Shown here: positions 1 to 14,000 of the stretch, piece after piece | How the letters are laid out: the number at the start of each line of letters is the position of its first letter | Numbering within the stretch: the first letter of the stretch is position 1 | Assembly (NCBI RefSeq): GCF_964204645.1 | Contig: NC_134027.1 | Location: 27,242,560-27,306,559, forward strand | Direction of reading: 5' to 3' | From: Tubulanus polymorphus | Taxonomy: Eukaryota; Animalia; Nemertea | DNA length: 64,000 nucleotides | The notes under the pieces: model-generated | Databases searched by the model: none | Seen by the model: only the letters and a program-made list of their open reading frames with translations | What the model was told of the DNA's origin: nothing | Made by a program: the position numbers and the translations under genes

Positions 1-1449
1 TATTCTGTTGATATTGAATCTTTTTATGGAGTAGTATAATTCATCTTTCTTTCCTTCTAAAGGAAGTATTTCGATAGATTTCATTTTGAATGAAGCTCTT
101 GGGCAAATAAATCAAATCATTGTGATGTTTATGACGCAGTTGATGGTACGATAGTCATCAGCTTCCTGTAGTGTGAAACATTAACCTATATTCGAACTGT
201 TGATACACACTCGTAGATAAACAGGTTCTTCAACATTGAATCATTTTCTGTGCCGATGAGTCGTGTTGTTAGGTCAAAAATAACATCAGTTACCTGACCC
301 CATCGAGCGCGTAACTAAAGACGTAAACCTAGAACCGTGAGAAAGAACAGTTTCATTGATGTGTTTTCAAACTACCGAATTTCATCATCGACGACGTGTT
401 GAAAATATCGCGTATTTTATATGATTTCATAAGTTCATTGAGTTTTCATCAGCCGAGTATCGACGATGACTCGAGAATATCGTGCTATGCAAATATTATT
501 GCCGAGTTGAAGTCTCCTTCAGTTCGTGCTCGAATACTAGGTCAACTCCATTAAATGACTTCCTTCTTTCTCTCCCTATAGAGCGCATACATCGCCCTGA
601 GAAGTGTCTAGTTTTTAGGAGTGGAAAGGGAGAACTTTGTAAACATTGAGTTCATAGCTATCGGCTATTTGTGAGAAAAAAAACTTGACCAAAATCAAGC
701 TCCAGACACGTTGACCTCTGATTAAACCGATAGGTGTTTTATCGATTGTAGAAAGAGTCGGGCCCTGATTCATCTGGTCAATTAGTACTCGATGAACCGG
801 TTAACCTATCGGTCAACTGAAATGACCACCAAAGATCTGTCTGGATTAACTAGAAATGAAATAAAATTCCTTCGTTTGAAATTCTCTCTAATAACGATCA
901 CTTCAGTTGAGTTGTGGTGGAGCTGAAAAATAGTACTTTGAAGGTTTACTTGATTTTGTACGAGCTTTTGCTGCTAATATACACTAACTGGTCAAAGCTC
1001 GTAATTTTAATAACGTTGTTTTAATAAAATCAAGTTTACCTTATTCGTCGCCAGTTTAAGTCATCATCTATGATTGAATCCCGATCTGTATACAATAGAC
1101 GTGTGTATATAGAACCTTTTCGCATATGCTCCTTCGGAAGAGGATTATCTTATTTTCTCTTTGACGATTGCTGCTTTGAAAAATTCTTCCAATTCTACCT
1201 CTCTCTCTAAAAAGGCTGACATTTTCTACCCGAGATTAATAATCCATCGTTCATAGAAGAGCTAAACCGAAAAGTGCCTAAGAAGAAATCCTTTGAATAA
1301 GTTATCAACACGATATTCGTCCCAACAATAATGAACAACTGTACATCCATAAAAAAGTCCCATTAAATTAGCTGAATTTGTTGTATGTATATATTTATAT
1401 ATATATATATAAATGTATACATAATCTGTTTACATATTATGTTTTTCAG

Positions 1450-3479
1450 GAGGTTTTTTACTGTTTCAAGAGCAATATCCCGAATACTGTATAGCACATG
1501 AAGATGATAAATCTCTACACAGCGCTATACTCGGGCTCAGTAATATGAACTTAGAAAATAATGATGATACAGAGAATCTACAAACTCCTACAGACATGTA
1601 CCCGGTCGAGGTCGTACCGTATTTATTCCTAGGAAATGCACGAACTTCTTCCAATTTTGAGATTCTCGCTAAACTGGGAATACGTTATATCCTCAACGTC
1701 ACGTCCAACGTACCAAACGTATTCGAAAACGATACCAACTTTAAATACATGCAGATACCAATAAGCGACCACTGGTCTCAAAATCTTTCTGTATTCTTCC
1801 CGCAAGCAATTTCTTTTATCGGTAAGTTTATCTGAATTGTTATTTCTATCGAGCAGTATTAGGGAAGGGTAGCGGGTATGAGGGATTGTGTGAAGCTCAT
1901 ATTTATATGAATCCTGTGTAAAGCCTGTTAAATATAAAGCTTTTAGCGCTATGCCTCGCGGGAGTAACTGTGACATTTTTCCTCTCGGCTGCAATTTAAT
2001 TGATGGGCACACCAGAGATCAGGCTGTTTCATACATCGCTGTAGCAACATCAGCAGCAGCAGCAGCAGCAGCAGCAGTAACGCTCACTCCTCTATTCGCC
2101 CACTCGGTAACAGGGATGGATGGATGGATGGATGCTGTATCTACGTAACGATATATACACAGATACATATACTTTATGATGTCGATTGATAAAAGATGAA
2201 AGATCATCAAATTGATTCACATTTGACGTTCGTTCGTTCGTTCGTCATATATTTGTATATATATACATATAAATATATATATATATATATGTATATCGAT
2301 TAATGTTTGATCAGACATGAACAAATTTCTTATGGAATTCTTTTGACAGTTTTATCAATTTAACCCTCATATATTTTATACATTTTCACGTATGACGCGT
2401 GAGGATAGATTACTTATTATTCTAGCCTGATTTCCATTCATAAAAATAGATAAGTCCTGACTCTCTCTCTCAACACACCGAGGTTATCTCTTCTTCTGAA
2501 TGTCTGTTATATCTGTAGTTACACCACCAGTTCTGATAAGCTCTAAGAAGCGTTAGTTCTGTGTTCTGAACGCTAACGTAGTATACGCGCTTCCTGAAAC
2601 TGTTTTTGTTGATGTTTCTCTCTCTGACGCTGAGCAGAACTTTTCCTCTATAACAACAAAACGGATGAAAAAACCCCCGATCATCTATTATCCCAGCCGG
2701 GTTGGCTGTATGTGGAGTGCGCGTATTGTGCAGTTTTAAAATCAGGGTCATAGTGTTTGCGTTTGTTCAAATTTGAACCTCTGCCAAAATTGAAGAGGAT
2801 GTCAAAAAAATCTCGATCAGCGCACGAGAACGGAATGGCGGATTATTTGACAAAAACACCTTTCTCTCTGATGTCGAGATGATTTTCTCGCTCGGCACAA
2901 ATGGCAGCAGTTTTGATGTTGATCGTATGAATAATGGTTTTATGGCATCCATTGAGATTAACATGCTCTTCGTATCTACTCCATTATCTTGATTAAAACT
3001 GAACAACGCAATCTGTACTATCTCATTAAACCGCAACATTTCCTTCCGCTCCACGGTACGATGTGAAAGTGCAAATTATCGTTTCATTTTCTTATGATTA
3101 TTTTACTTGTATATTTTCAGATGAAGCGAGGCGTAATAAAGCTGGAGTATTGGTACATTGTTTAGCCGGTATAAGCCGTTCTGTAACTGTTACCGTCGCC
3201 TACATTATGCAGAAGTTAAACATGTCCTTAAACGACGCTTACGATTTCGTCAAGAAATCCAAACCGGATATTTCACCTAATTTCAATTTTATGGGACAGT
3301 TGTTGGATTTCGAACGTTTGCTACGAAATAGTCCGAAAGGTTCGGACAGTAACGATCTCATATCAATGGATTCTAGCGAAGTCGACACGTATTTCATGAC
3401 CCCGACAAAATCAGATACAGATTCAGATAAAGATTGCGAGTGTTCGCCCTGTAGTACTACATCATCGTGCAGTTCATGA
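1450..3479 (+). CDS. DUSP6: Dual-specificity MAP kinase phosphatase of the DUSP6/7/9 (MKP3) subfamily; last two exons (1450-1821, 3121-3479); 5' exons probably lie upstream of the window
   Basis: Exon 1450-1821 follows ttttcag and reads [14 protein letters not shown] (end of the rhodanese domain)...[12 protein letters not shown]...[25 protein letters not shown]. The donor G|gtaag joins in phase to 3121 ([32 protein letters not shown]...[16 protein letters not shown]). HCLAGISRS and ISDHWSQNL are MKP3-subfamily signatures. It is probably co-orthologous to vertebrate DUSP6/7/9. Confidence 0.93.
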
Positions 3480-6008
3480 TTGTCACAATCCTGCTGCTGC
3501 TGCGCTGTTTGTTTGTGTCATGGATTTATTTGTTAATTCTTTGATGGCTGCTGAACTCAGATATAACGTATGAAAGTCTTTCAATAATCGTGAAGGAGAT
3601 CGTAGTTTGACTAATGTCTTCACTTCCAATCTTATCAATGGATGTTTCTGCCTGATTAATGGAGGTTCGTGCTGTAACCGTGAGACTCTCTCTCTCTCGC
3701 TCTCTACTAGGTCAAGGCCACATCCCGACACCAGATTACAGACATTTGACAAGTTTCGATGGTGAAAATGCTCAGGTTTTTATTGTAAATAGAATGAAAA
3801 TGCCAGGGATCAAAAAGTGAATATTTCGAATACCGGTTTTCTGTATAAACTACGCGTTAAAGTGCCAAATATATGTAAATAATCTTTTAAAAGGCACTTA
3901 AAAATCTGGACAAAATTTAATTATTATTGACGACAAGTATTGGCCCTATCCAAAATGAAATTCGTAGAAATAGTACTAACATTCGCGAGGCTAATGTACT
4001 CTTAGATGTAATGGATCGGAGGTTAGCTTATAAAACAGTTCGGTCAAATCCATTCAATCTCGTCTATGATTTAAATGGTTGAACAACTATGACCCGTTAG
4101 TCATAGGACTGAATCGAAAACTCTTTTATGATATAAATATATAGTTGAATTGTAAACAGGCAGCTAAAAATTGTTAAAATGTCTTAGGGAGGTACAATGA
4201 AGAAACATTGACAGTATATATTGAATAGATTTATGAATTAGTTCGGTTCGCTGACATTCACCGTGCGGATATTAATTCATCGGTCGTGTATAAATCTTCA
4301 TTACAAATACAAAATCTGTCTCAATCATCGCGTGAAATGTGAATAATACTCATCGTTAACGAACAAATGACAAAAAAGAAAAAATACCAATCGACGTTTG
4401 AATCATTGGCACGATAGACCCGACGACGACGCCAGGTCCGTGCCGAGCTTTTTTGAGGGGCAGTTCTATTTCGAGAAAAATGGCACTTTTTACCATGAAA
4501 AGGGGCGCATTCCTATTGGAAAAGGACCGATCGAACGAAGTGCCCGAGTATCTAGATAAATCATTTGAGAATGGATCAATTATCAATTTCTAAGAAGTAC
4601 ATGAAAATTGCATCCAAATTTCGTAAAATCTTGACACAAATTTTTTGACACTTTTTGAAGGGCACTTCGAAAGGGTTCGTTCGCTAACCCCCTCCCCCTC
4701 GGCACTTCTTACACTGATATCAGCTCTATATATTCTATTTACTGATTAAACACTCGTTGAGATTCGTCTGTGTATTTAGTTTATTTGACTGATTAGATTT
4801 TAACCGTCTGACATAAATCAGCAATATCGACATCGATTGTTTTAAATCGTTATATTATCAGTTGTTGAGAAGTTCTGCCACATCATCGAAATGAGATCAT
4901 TGTATAATCTATTCGCCCTTGAACTTACCTACGGTTCTATGTTGCAATATCTTAGTCTATATATAGATGGGATGTATAAGAAATGTCTGTTGAAGCTATT
5001 TTTTTCGTCCCGTGTAGGACCGTTGTTTATTCAGTCGATTCTGTATTAAAAACTTCGCACGAAACTGTGACGAAACTCATTATCTGTAATTCAGGACGGT
5101 AAATACGCGGGCTATTAGGAGGTGACCTAATCGATTCCTACCAGAGCTGAATAAGAGCCGCCGGTTTTAGGTGTTTTAACCCATTTTTATCACGGAAAAA
5201 CAACGTTATTTCTAGCAATATTTGCATTAGGTTTAACGTTATATTAGGTTATACACACAGTGAGATACGGGACTGAATGTTACTATGATTCATTTGCATT
5301 GATTTGTTCAGTTGGTTTTATGCCTTTGTCAGTGCGTTCTGATTTGATGATGGCACAGATAATAATTATTTTTTGGCAGTATCTCCAGCGCTGACCACAT
5401 CTCTCTCAATACTCATACTACCGAGCTCACAATGCGTCGAGGGTTTAATAGACATTCACTAACCTACAATGACTGATTAAATATAAACGATCAAGTTTTA
5501 ATACGTGTTTTAATATGTTACTAATGTTGATTCCTATAATGAATTATGTTTTTCATAGTGTATTTTTATATATGTTTTATGTATCTCATCAATACGACGA
5601 ATGCCGGTTTAACTGTCAAATTCCTCTCCCCCTCTCTCTCCCTCTCTCTCTTCCCTCCACCCTCCCCTCTCCCTCTCTCCCTTCCTCTCATCTTCACAAT
5701 ATCACAAACCGATGAGATATCCAATTTTAAGCGGTGATAATATTATATTTTGAGATTTGTCTTGAAAATGGATATCTCACAATGTAGCTAAACCACATAG
5801 AATTGAGATTTCGGTTTACAATTAGAAAGTATAGTATTAGACCTAATAGTGTAAAGTTTAAGCAAAGGATGATAACGTACAGTAAAAATGGCAGTTGCCG
5901 GCAGTATTATTATCGATAAATATTATATTAAATATAGTTAAAAAGTTAATGAAATAAGCTTGTGTAATTTTGTATAAATCTTGTATATGTAAATATATAA
6001 AAATATAA

Positions 6009-6045
<37 letters not shown>

Positions 6046-8573
6046 TATATATATGATACTGTTTGTACAGGGGTTCGTTATTTCCACTTGTACGATGAGA
6101 ATAAAATACATTAATGTAAGAATGATTCATTAGGCTTTAGTTGATTTATTAATGGTGACTGATGAGTTTTAGAGTTCCAGGCCCTTGTTCGTCTGTTCCT
6201 GCTGTCTGAAGTTTAGCGAAACGAAAGGACACGCGTCTGGTGGCTGGTGGATAGCGGTTTCCTGGAAATACTTGGGAACTTTATTGAAAAATCACTCTAC
6301 ACGAAAAGTACATTATCAGTCAATGGAACATGTGTGTCCCAGGTTTCTGAGCAAAAGAGTTTCATATCGGTAAAAATAGGAAGGAATCTCGGTTTCATCA
6401 TCCAGGGCGGCTTTGTAGACAAAACAATGTCTTCAAAATCGATTCAGCTCAGTCTTTATCTTGCGACAATCTGTTGACGGTTGTACAAATAGCATAGCAG
6501 AGATCAACAATACAGTGAGAAGTGTCGCACGATCGCGATCCACATCAGTGGAATGATAATTCCGAGAAAAAACTTGTTTATCAAAATATTGTCACTTATT
6601 TTTGGTTTACAAAAAACAACAATTAAACACCCAGAATTAGCACATATAGGAAAAAAAATAGAAAAACAATAAGACCATGTTCGTTCATCATTGTTAAACC
6701 ACTTGGTAAATCCATTAAAATTTCTCGGTAAAATTTGTCACTGTCAAAAATATATACATGAACGTATGTCTGTAACAACACCATCTGTATAGCGGTAATG
6801 TCTAGACAATATGATTGATTGATCTAGTTTTTATGAAACCTACTTCTACTTAGTTACATTTCTCATCTTTCATTACGTCCCGTGTTGATATCATTTTCAA
6901 GTATATAGGTCGTCCCTAAAACCACCACTTTAGATTTAGGCCTAAAACACCAGTTTCGCCCGTTCGGATTTTCAAACAAACAACATTGTCATATAATATT
7001 TCTATTTCTTCACGGCATCTCTCACTTTCACCGCGCATAGATATGGATGATATTATCGATTTACACGGCGAGAACTAGTCTTTATTTGGTTTAATGTACA
7101 CACACGTGCATCGTCGGTATATTTTGTTGTCTGTCGAGCGATGCTGATGTTGCCGCCGCCAGTACTGTGTCGTCGGAGTCACGTGACACCCAGACGTTAG
7201 AATGAGAGAGAACCAGTCGATACAGCGTTCATTATATGATATCGACACACTACGTTATATTGCTGGTGGGTTGCAGCATCAATAAACAAACCTACAATCG
7301 ATTTAATAAATATGTGTATATTATATATATATATATATACAGCTAATTCTGCGAATTCCGATACAATAATTATCCAAGAAACGCTTTTTCAATACGCCTT
7401 ATATAGATATAAATGCAATATATGGTCATACACATCTTTATAAAACATCTACTGACGTATCGTACTCACAAGTCTTTTTAGTATATTGAAGAAATATCAA
7501 ATTTTACACAACATTGTTAAACCGGAATTATAAGTAGGCCTATCTCTACAGGGTTCGAGGACCAGGGACTTCTATACGGCTGCCACGGAATAGTCACTGG
7601 GGCCGGTTACTCGAAACCCAAAAATGGTCATAAATCTTAACATTGTTAGATTGGCTTTAGAACTACAGTCGAACCTCGTTACAACGAGGGGCAGAAAATA
7701 TATTCGTTATAACCGATAATTCACTGTTATATCCAGTATGGAATTTGCCTATTTGGGACAAAAATTTCTAGGTTTGTAATAACCGATTAATCGTTACATC
7801 CTCGAGGACGCGTTGGAACACCCCCTCGGGTTTCCAGAGACTAGCTTCTATCGGGTTTTATAAGGAAACCTCAGACACAACATTCCGAGAAATTATAATC
7901 TATTCTCAGTTGAGGACGTTTATTGAGAAATGATGATGATCCATTTAATTAGCTTTGTTATAAAGGAAGAAAGCACTTGACGAAAAGACGAATAGTTTTA
8001 ATGTCAGTATAGTGATACTGGTGATAGTTCTATAGTTTCACGGAGGCGTTTTCTTATTTTACATAGACCCTCAGCTCTCGAGTATCCATATTTCCAAGAA
8101 CCCCGACGTTAAACCCCTCGTATAATCCGGAACGACCCACCTTCTGTCTGGCAATGACACTTCCTACTCTGTACCTACAAGTAACGTCTGACTAAACCCG
8201 CTTGAAATACGTTATTTTATCATCCCACGAACATGCGTAAATCTTAAAATCCCAATAGAAAAACATTTCCTTTATGAATATATAAACAAAACTAAAAATC
8301 AAAAACTGAAATCTATGAAGGAAGGAGATTATCCTGTTCCCGGTAATTCATCTATTTCGTGATGACCTTGGAACAGTTCATTCACCAGTGGAGCGGATGC
8401 TGAGCGTATCAATGCAGCAGATATATTGATTATAGATGGAGAATGTCTGAGTGAATGGAAGCTATGCGCGTGTGCGAATATTAGGGATTGTCAACTCTCA
8501 GTAACTATCGCTGAGAGAGAAATACTGATTGATACCGTTACATTATATATATACAACACGTACAAATATAGTG

Positions 8574-8856
8574 TGAGAGGAGAGAAGAGGGAGGGAGAGA
8601 GGAGGGGAGCGAGTGGGGGAGAGGAGAGGAGAGGAGAGGGGAGCGAGTGAGGAAGAGGAGAGGAGAGGGGAGCGAGTGGGGGAGAGACTGGAAGAGGGGG
8701 CGAGATGAGAGGGGAGGAAAGAAGGAGCGAGGGAGGGACAACATGAGGGAGAGAGGAGAGAGGAGAGGGAAGAGGGGAGAGAGGAGGGGGAGGGGAGAGG
8801 AGGGAGGAGAGAGGAGGGAGGAGAGAGAAGAGAGGGGAGAGGGGAGAGGAGAGAGT
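8574..8856. repeat. GA-rich low-complexity (polypurine) tract
   Basis: Almost pure G/A runs (gagaggagaggg...). It explains the spurious ORFs 8426-8898. Confidence 0.9.
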
Positions 8857-9314
8857 GGTTATAAATCTAATATTGGAGCCACCGGAAACATCCTATAATA
8901 CCGTACCGAGAAAATAGATAATTTTGATAGCAAATTGGATTAAAGAAAAAACGCGTTTCAGGGCGTGAGTATAAGTATATAGAACCGCCGTGTCGATGTT
9001 TGGGTGGCGGAAAATAATGGTTATCGTGGGCAGAGAAACAAAAACAAATCTTTGTCAAACAGGATATTCGAATATAATGTACGTGTATATATATATCATA
9101 ATAACCGTATGTACGACTACATAAAACAGTTTTTTTCTTTGAATTTCTCGATCCTTTTAGACCAAATGGCTTTCTGTTCATTGTACACCACGCAATAGAT
9201 AAATAAGCGTCGTGGGGGGGGGGGGTGTCCTGGGCAGTCAATCACCCACGCTTAAAAATACTTTTCACTAAGAACCTATTGAGTTACTCTAACAACAGGT
9301 TTTATACAAACTAG

Positions 9315-9616
<302 letters not shown>

Positions 9617-10294
9617 TATTTTTTTAGTAGAACGTAGGTTCACTTTTAATACAATCTTATAGTTTTATTACATTAATGAATTTTGGTATTATGTATTTTG
9701 TAAACAACCAGGAAGTTTTGAAAGAGATTTTTAAATGGTTTTTTGGCTCTCTCCCAATCAGGCATGGTGCAACGCTACTCGTCAGAGCAGTTGCGGTTTG
9801 AGAGACAATAGAATGTTCAACAAACCGGTCATGAATTCATGTCTCCGAAACAAAAACCGTAAATTCAAACCGTAAAAGAACCTTTCAATACAATTAACAT
9901 TACGTTAACGTGTACGCGGTTACCACTTTAAAAACCTATATCAAATATCCTTCAAGAGGGCATAGAAGGAATAGCGCGGTATCGAACTTTATTTAGTTTA
10001 GTTTAGAAGAGTTACAGTAACAGTACAGAAGAAGTAACAGTGTAACTCTAGTGGGTCTTAAGAGACGGCCAGGGCCAGCTTAGTCCGTGTCTTTAAACGT
10101 CTTAAAAAGGCCATTTTAAACAAAATCTAAAGCTCAGCTTTGTGCAAAATGAGCACGGAGTGATAATTAATTGTCCAAGTTGTAATATCGCCAAAGTGAC
10201 CAGACACTGTATTAATTTGCTGTTCGGTGAGCGAGTGAAGGGTAATTCAATATAGAGGAAGACAGTCCCGCAATAACATATATCACAATGAAAC

Positions 10295-10388
10295 CACAAC
10301 TATTCGGCCTGTGTTGACTATCGGGTGGAACGATTCCACCTTCATTCCACTTGATGATGACTGTTAGTTGAAAGCCGAAACTGTTGTG
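10295..10388 (+). ncRNA. Degenerate hammerhead-ribozyme-like motif in an imperfect inverted repeat
   Basis: CAC-TTGATGA-TGACT...AGCC-GAAA-CTGTT-GTG at 10348-10388 has a C3U change and an imperfect stem II. The left arm cacaactattcggcc...gggtggaa is a decayed reverse complement. Confidence 0.4.
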
Positions 10389-10824
10389 TTCCCATTTTAC
10401 GTAAAAAAACCTTTATCGCACGAAATTCTATTGTGGTACTTGTATTCAATATATCAGCAGTTGACACACGGATTATAGAGTGTTTTGTTCAAGTAGGACC
10501 CCTGTAATATTATCTGGTTTGATTTTATTGTAATCGAGAGCTATAAAATTTTATTTTACTTTCACTACACATATAGGCCTATAATAGATTTCTATCATAT
10601 ATTTTTTCCTGCACTATTGCGACACATACGACGGTTACGACACAATATAAATAAACGTGTCTTCAGGTGATGTTAGATCAATCATTCATATACAAACTAA
10701 TTCGCAGTAAATATGATATTCACTATAAAACTAAAATTCAGCAGACAAAGAAATAAAAAGGTTATTACTATCGGGGCGTGGTGTCTTTTCAGTTTAGTAA
10801 ACAAAAATATAATCCGATTAGATT

Positions 10825-11040
10825 GTCACTGAATCCAGTTCCACATCTGTTTAGGTTGAATTTGACTCTGAATCCAGTTATGGTGATGTGGGTTTTAATT
10901 CGACTATGGACACAGTTTCACAGTTGTGCGGGTTTAAATCGACACAGTTGTATGGGTTTGACTTTGGATCCACTTCCACAGTTGTATGGGTTTGACTTTG
11001 GATCCACTTCCACAGTTGTGTGGGTTTGACTCTGGACTGA
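10825..11040. repeat. Degenerate tandem repeat of about 31 bp (ggatccacttccacagttgtrtgggtttgact)
   Basis: About 6 decaying units. The unit resembles the terminal inverted repeat of the GGAYCCAGTTCCACAGTT MITE family. Confidence 0.75.
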
Positions 11041-14000
11041 TGGAGGGAAGAGGAACCCATTTCCTAAGTTTAATACGTGTACATGTCAATCAGCTTATTT
11101 ATATAAATGAACGTCAAAAATCTATATTTAGGATCTGAAATGACACGTATGTAATTTTATGATCCAAGGCCCTAAACATAACATGCTGATTTATTTTCCC
11201 CTTAAGATAGTTTTAAGACAAATTTCTCAAATTTGAAATAGAAAGAGTCCGCCCAACCTGACAGGTAACAAACACTTCGTGTCTCTGATCGATTCTGAAT
11301 ATACTAAATATTTGCTATTATAAATTGTATTGTCTGTGGAAGTTTGTAAATTTACTAAAATCAATTATTTCTCGTAAAATAGTTAGCAATCTATCGTTAC
11401 AAAAAAGCGAAACCGCCCCAAGGTGTTGGTTCCCATTATTAGATAGTGTTTACTCAGATAGCAAGGAGGATGATCTTTGGTTTACATGAAGTTCCTTGCC
11501 GCACATTTATCATAAACTATCATTGAAGGTATAGTGAGGAAATGTTTGTCACAGCGCGGCACGGTGTGCAGGTCGTCAAATTTGGCAATACACGACCAGG
11601 AATATGGCCCTAGAATGTCCTAACATCTATGTTCTATATGAAAAACTTAAGAAATACAGAATGTTTGTACATGTGTGACTGACGTTACCCAAGCGGGGTA
11701 TTTGGATCAGTTGAATATACCAGAGTCTTACGAAAGGGATGTTTAAAACTAAACATTATATTCTTAATTCTTGTGGAACAAATTTTGCTTTTAACCTTTA
11801 TAGTGGGTTATATGAGACAAACTCCTGAATTGGATTAATCAAGAAATTAAATTCAGACCATTCTGTGAAACTGTCTCCTGAGCTGGAGATTCCCTATCAG
11901 TCCATACAGAAAGGTTTTCAAAACGGTACAAATCGGTGAATTTTAGGGGAAAACCGCGACTGCATTTTATAACATCGAAACTCTGATGATCGAAATCTTA
12001 CCGAGAATCACGTCTTATAAAACATCAAGAGAAGAGAGAGTAATCAATAATTGTAAGAGAGGGAGGAATTGTTGAGTTAAAAAGTCCTTTCAAATAAGGT
12101 AAGAAATCATGTTCCTCGATGGGTAATCATTGTAAGGTGATATTGGATTTTGTTGTAATTCCAGGAGACAGACAGCAGATCGGGCCCAGGTTCAAACGAA
12201 TTCTCAGAAATTGTCGACCAATTTCGTTGACATTATTACACAAGATGAATATAGTTGAGATGAGAATCGATGTTGAAAATACGGCGATTCTTCATTTTCG
12301 TATAAAGAGCAAAGTCATCAGTTCGAGGGATAAGTTTTCCGAGTATTTACATGTGCAAAACGATCAATAATGGACTGTCATTGTAGCCCGTTCTAAATGT
12401 CGGTATCAAAATGGAAGCAAAAAAACAGGAACCCTGGCATCGAGTCGTTCGGGCTGGATAGAAGCCTCCGGAATTGCAGAAATTTCTAATTATGTTATTC
12501 GGCGTTTAAACCAAAAGTGCTGTAAATTCGACCGATCATCAATCCAACCATTACTTCAAGCCCTCCTCCGTTCGTTCCATTCCAGCTGGTAACCCAGTGG
12601 TCGTGGCACCCACTCTGCGAATGTGATCATTATTTTCGGTGACCGCGGCAGTTGGTAGGGTTTGATCGTTATGGCCGAACTAAGAAGACAAACAACCCTT
12701 TCACAGACCATCCATGCGCGATTTACAGACTGACCAAAATACCTCGTAACTGCATTGTTCTGGTGCAAACCAGTTTGGGCATGTACGGATATAGATAACG
12801 TTGTGTTCCGGGGTAACGGCTCCGTGGGCTCGGTTCTACAGACAGAATTTCCCCATGAAACAGTGGGTAGAATGCAGTTTTTCCTAGGATATTTTGAGAC
12901 GATTGACACTATCGGGGTTATGGCACGGCAGTATATGGTCAGATTAATCTCAAACATTCCTATTCAACTATTCGACTACATTGTCCACGTTTAAGTATTG
13001 GTTACTATTCAATCTTCTTGAATGAATAATATGTAAATAGAACTTTCGATGAATTAGCTGCATTAGACATACAACATTCGACAATCGAGAGAGATGATAG
13101 CCGGGCTTTTGAAGTATGGCGAAATACAATTGAACTTTTCTGCATGATTTTATGAAACTATTGTTGTTCTAAGTATATCGTAAATGTCCTGAGATGGGAA
13201 TATAGTTTAAACTGAGGCCAGGTGTTCCAATGTCATATCAACCACAATAGGAAACCCATCTGGTGACCACTTCCTCTCTGGTTTAGTTTACTGAGTTTGA
13301 TTCTTATTATATCCGCGGGGAGGGAGACATTTTTATGTCCTCGCCACAATAATGTTCATTCGATAAAAACCCAACGAAATCTATAGCAGATGAGTTGACG
13401 TTATTTGCGGTTAGACAGAGACTGAATATAGACTGGAATATAAATGTCATATCAGTAAAAAAAGGAGAAGACTCTGAATGCCAATTGAATCAAGAACGAG
13501 TTTTAAAAAGTTCCAAAACCACTGTTTATTGAGAGACGGTATATAGAACTTAAATAATGAGGCCATTTCAGATAAAGATTGCGTGAGGTCTTTAGAAAAT
13601 GTCACCATTTTATGACATCTCGCGTATATATATATAAAATACACGTAGATTATTTCTATATACATATCTTATTTCAAACTATTTCAGGAAACTTTTAATA
13701 CGACCGCAAAACGATGTAATGCTGTTGTTTAAATGTTTTAGACTCGAGTTCACAAAAACCCTGAACGTACTCTGGCGTATTCAGATTCGGGTGTATTCGT
13801 TCCGCTCGAATTTTGAAAAACACCTCAGTCGACGTCACGAGCAGGTCTATAAAACTAATATACACGATATAGATGTAAAGTGCGACGAGCCTCCATAGGA
13901 TAAGAACATACAAATCATACGTAGTTAGTTATTACTCGATGGAATAGATTTATATTAACTTTTAATAAGTGTACACTTCATGTAGATAGATAGACGTGTA

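Noticed and set aside
11981-12000. CTGATGA-TC-GAAA as a hammerhead; likewise CTGACGA at 57128 and CTGAAGA at 36278
   Set aside because: There is no room for stem II, or no GAAA box and stem I pairing.
13695-13913. Hydrophobic minus-strand ORF as an alternative transmembrane last exon of USP19
   Set aside because: I found no supported in-phase splice link, and hydrophobic translations are expected by chance in AT-rich DNA.
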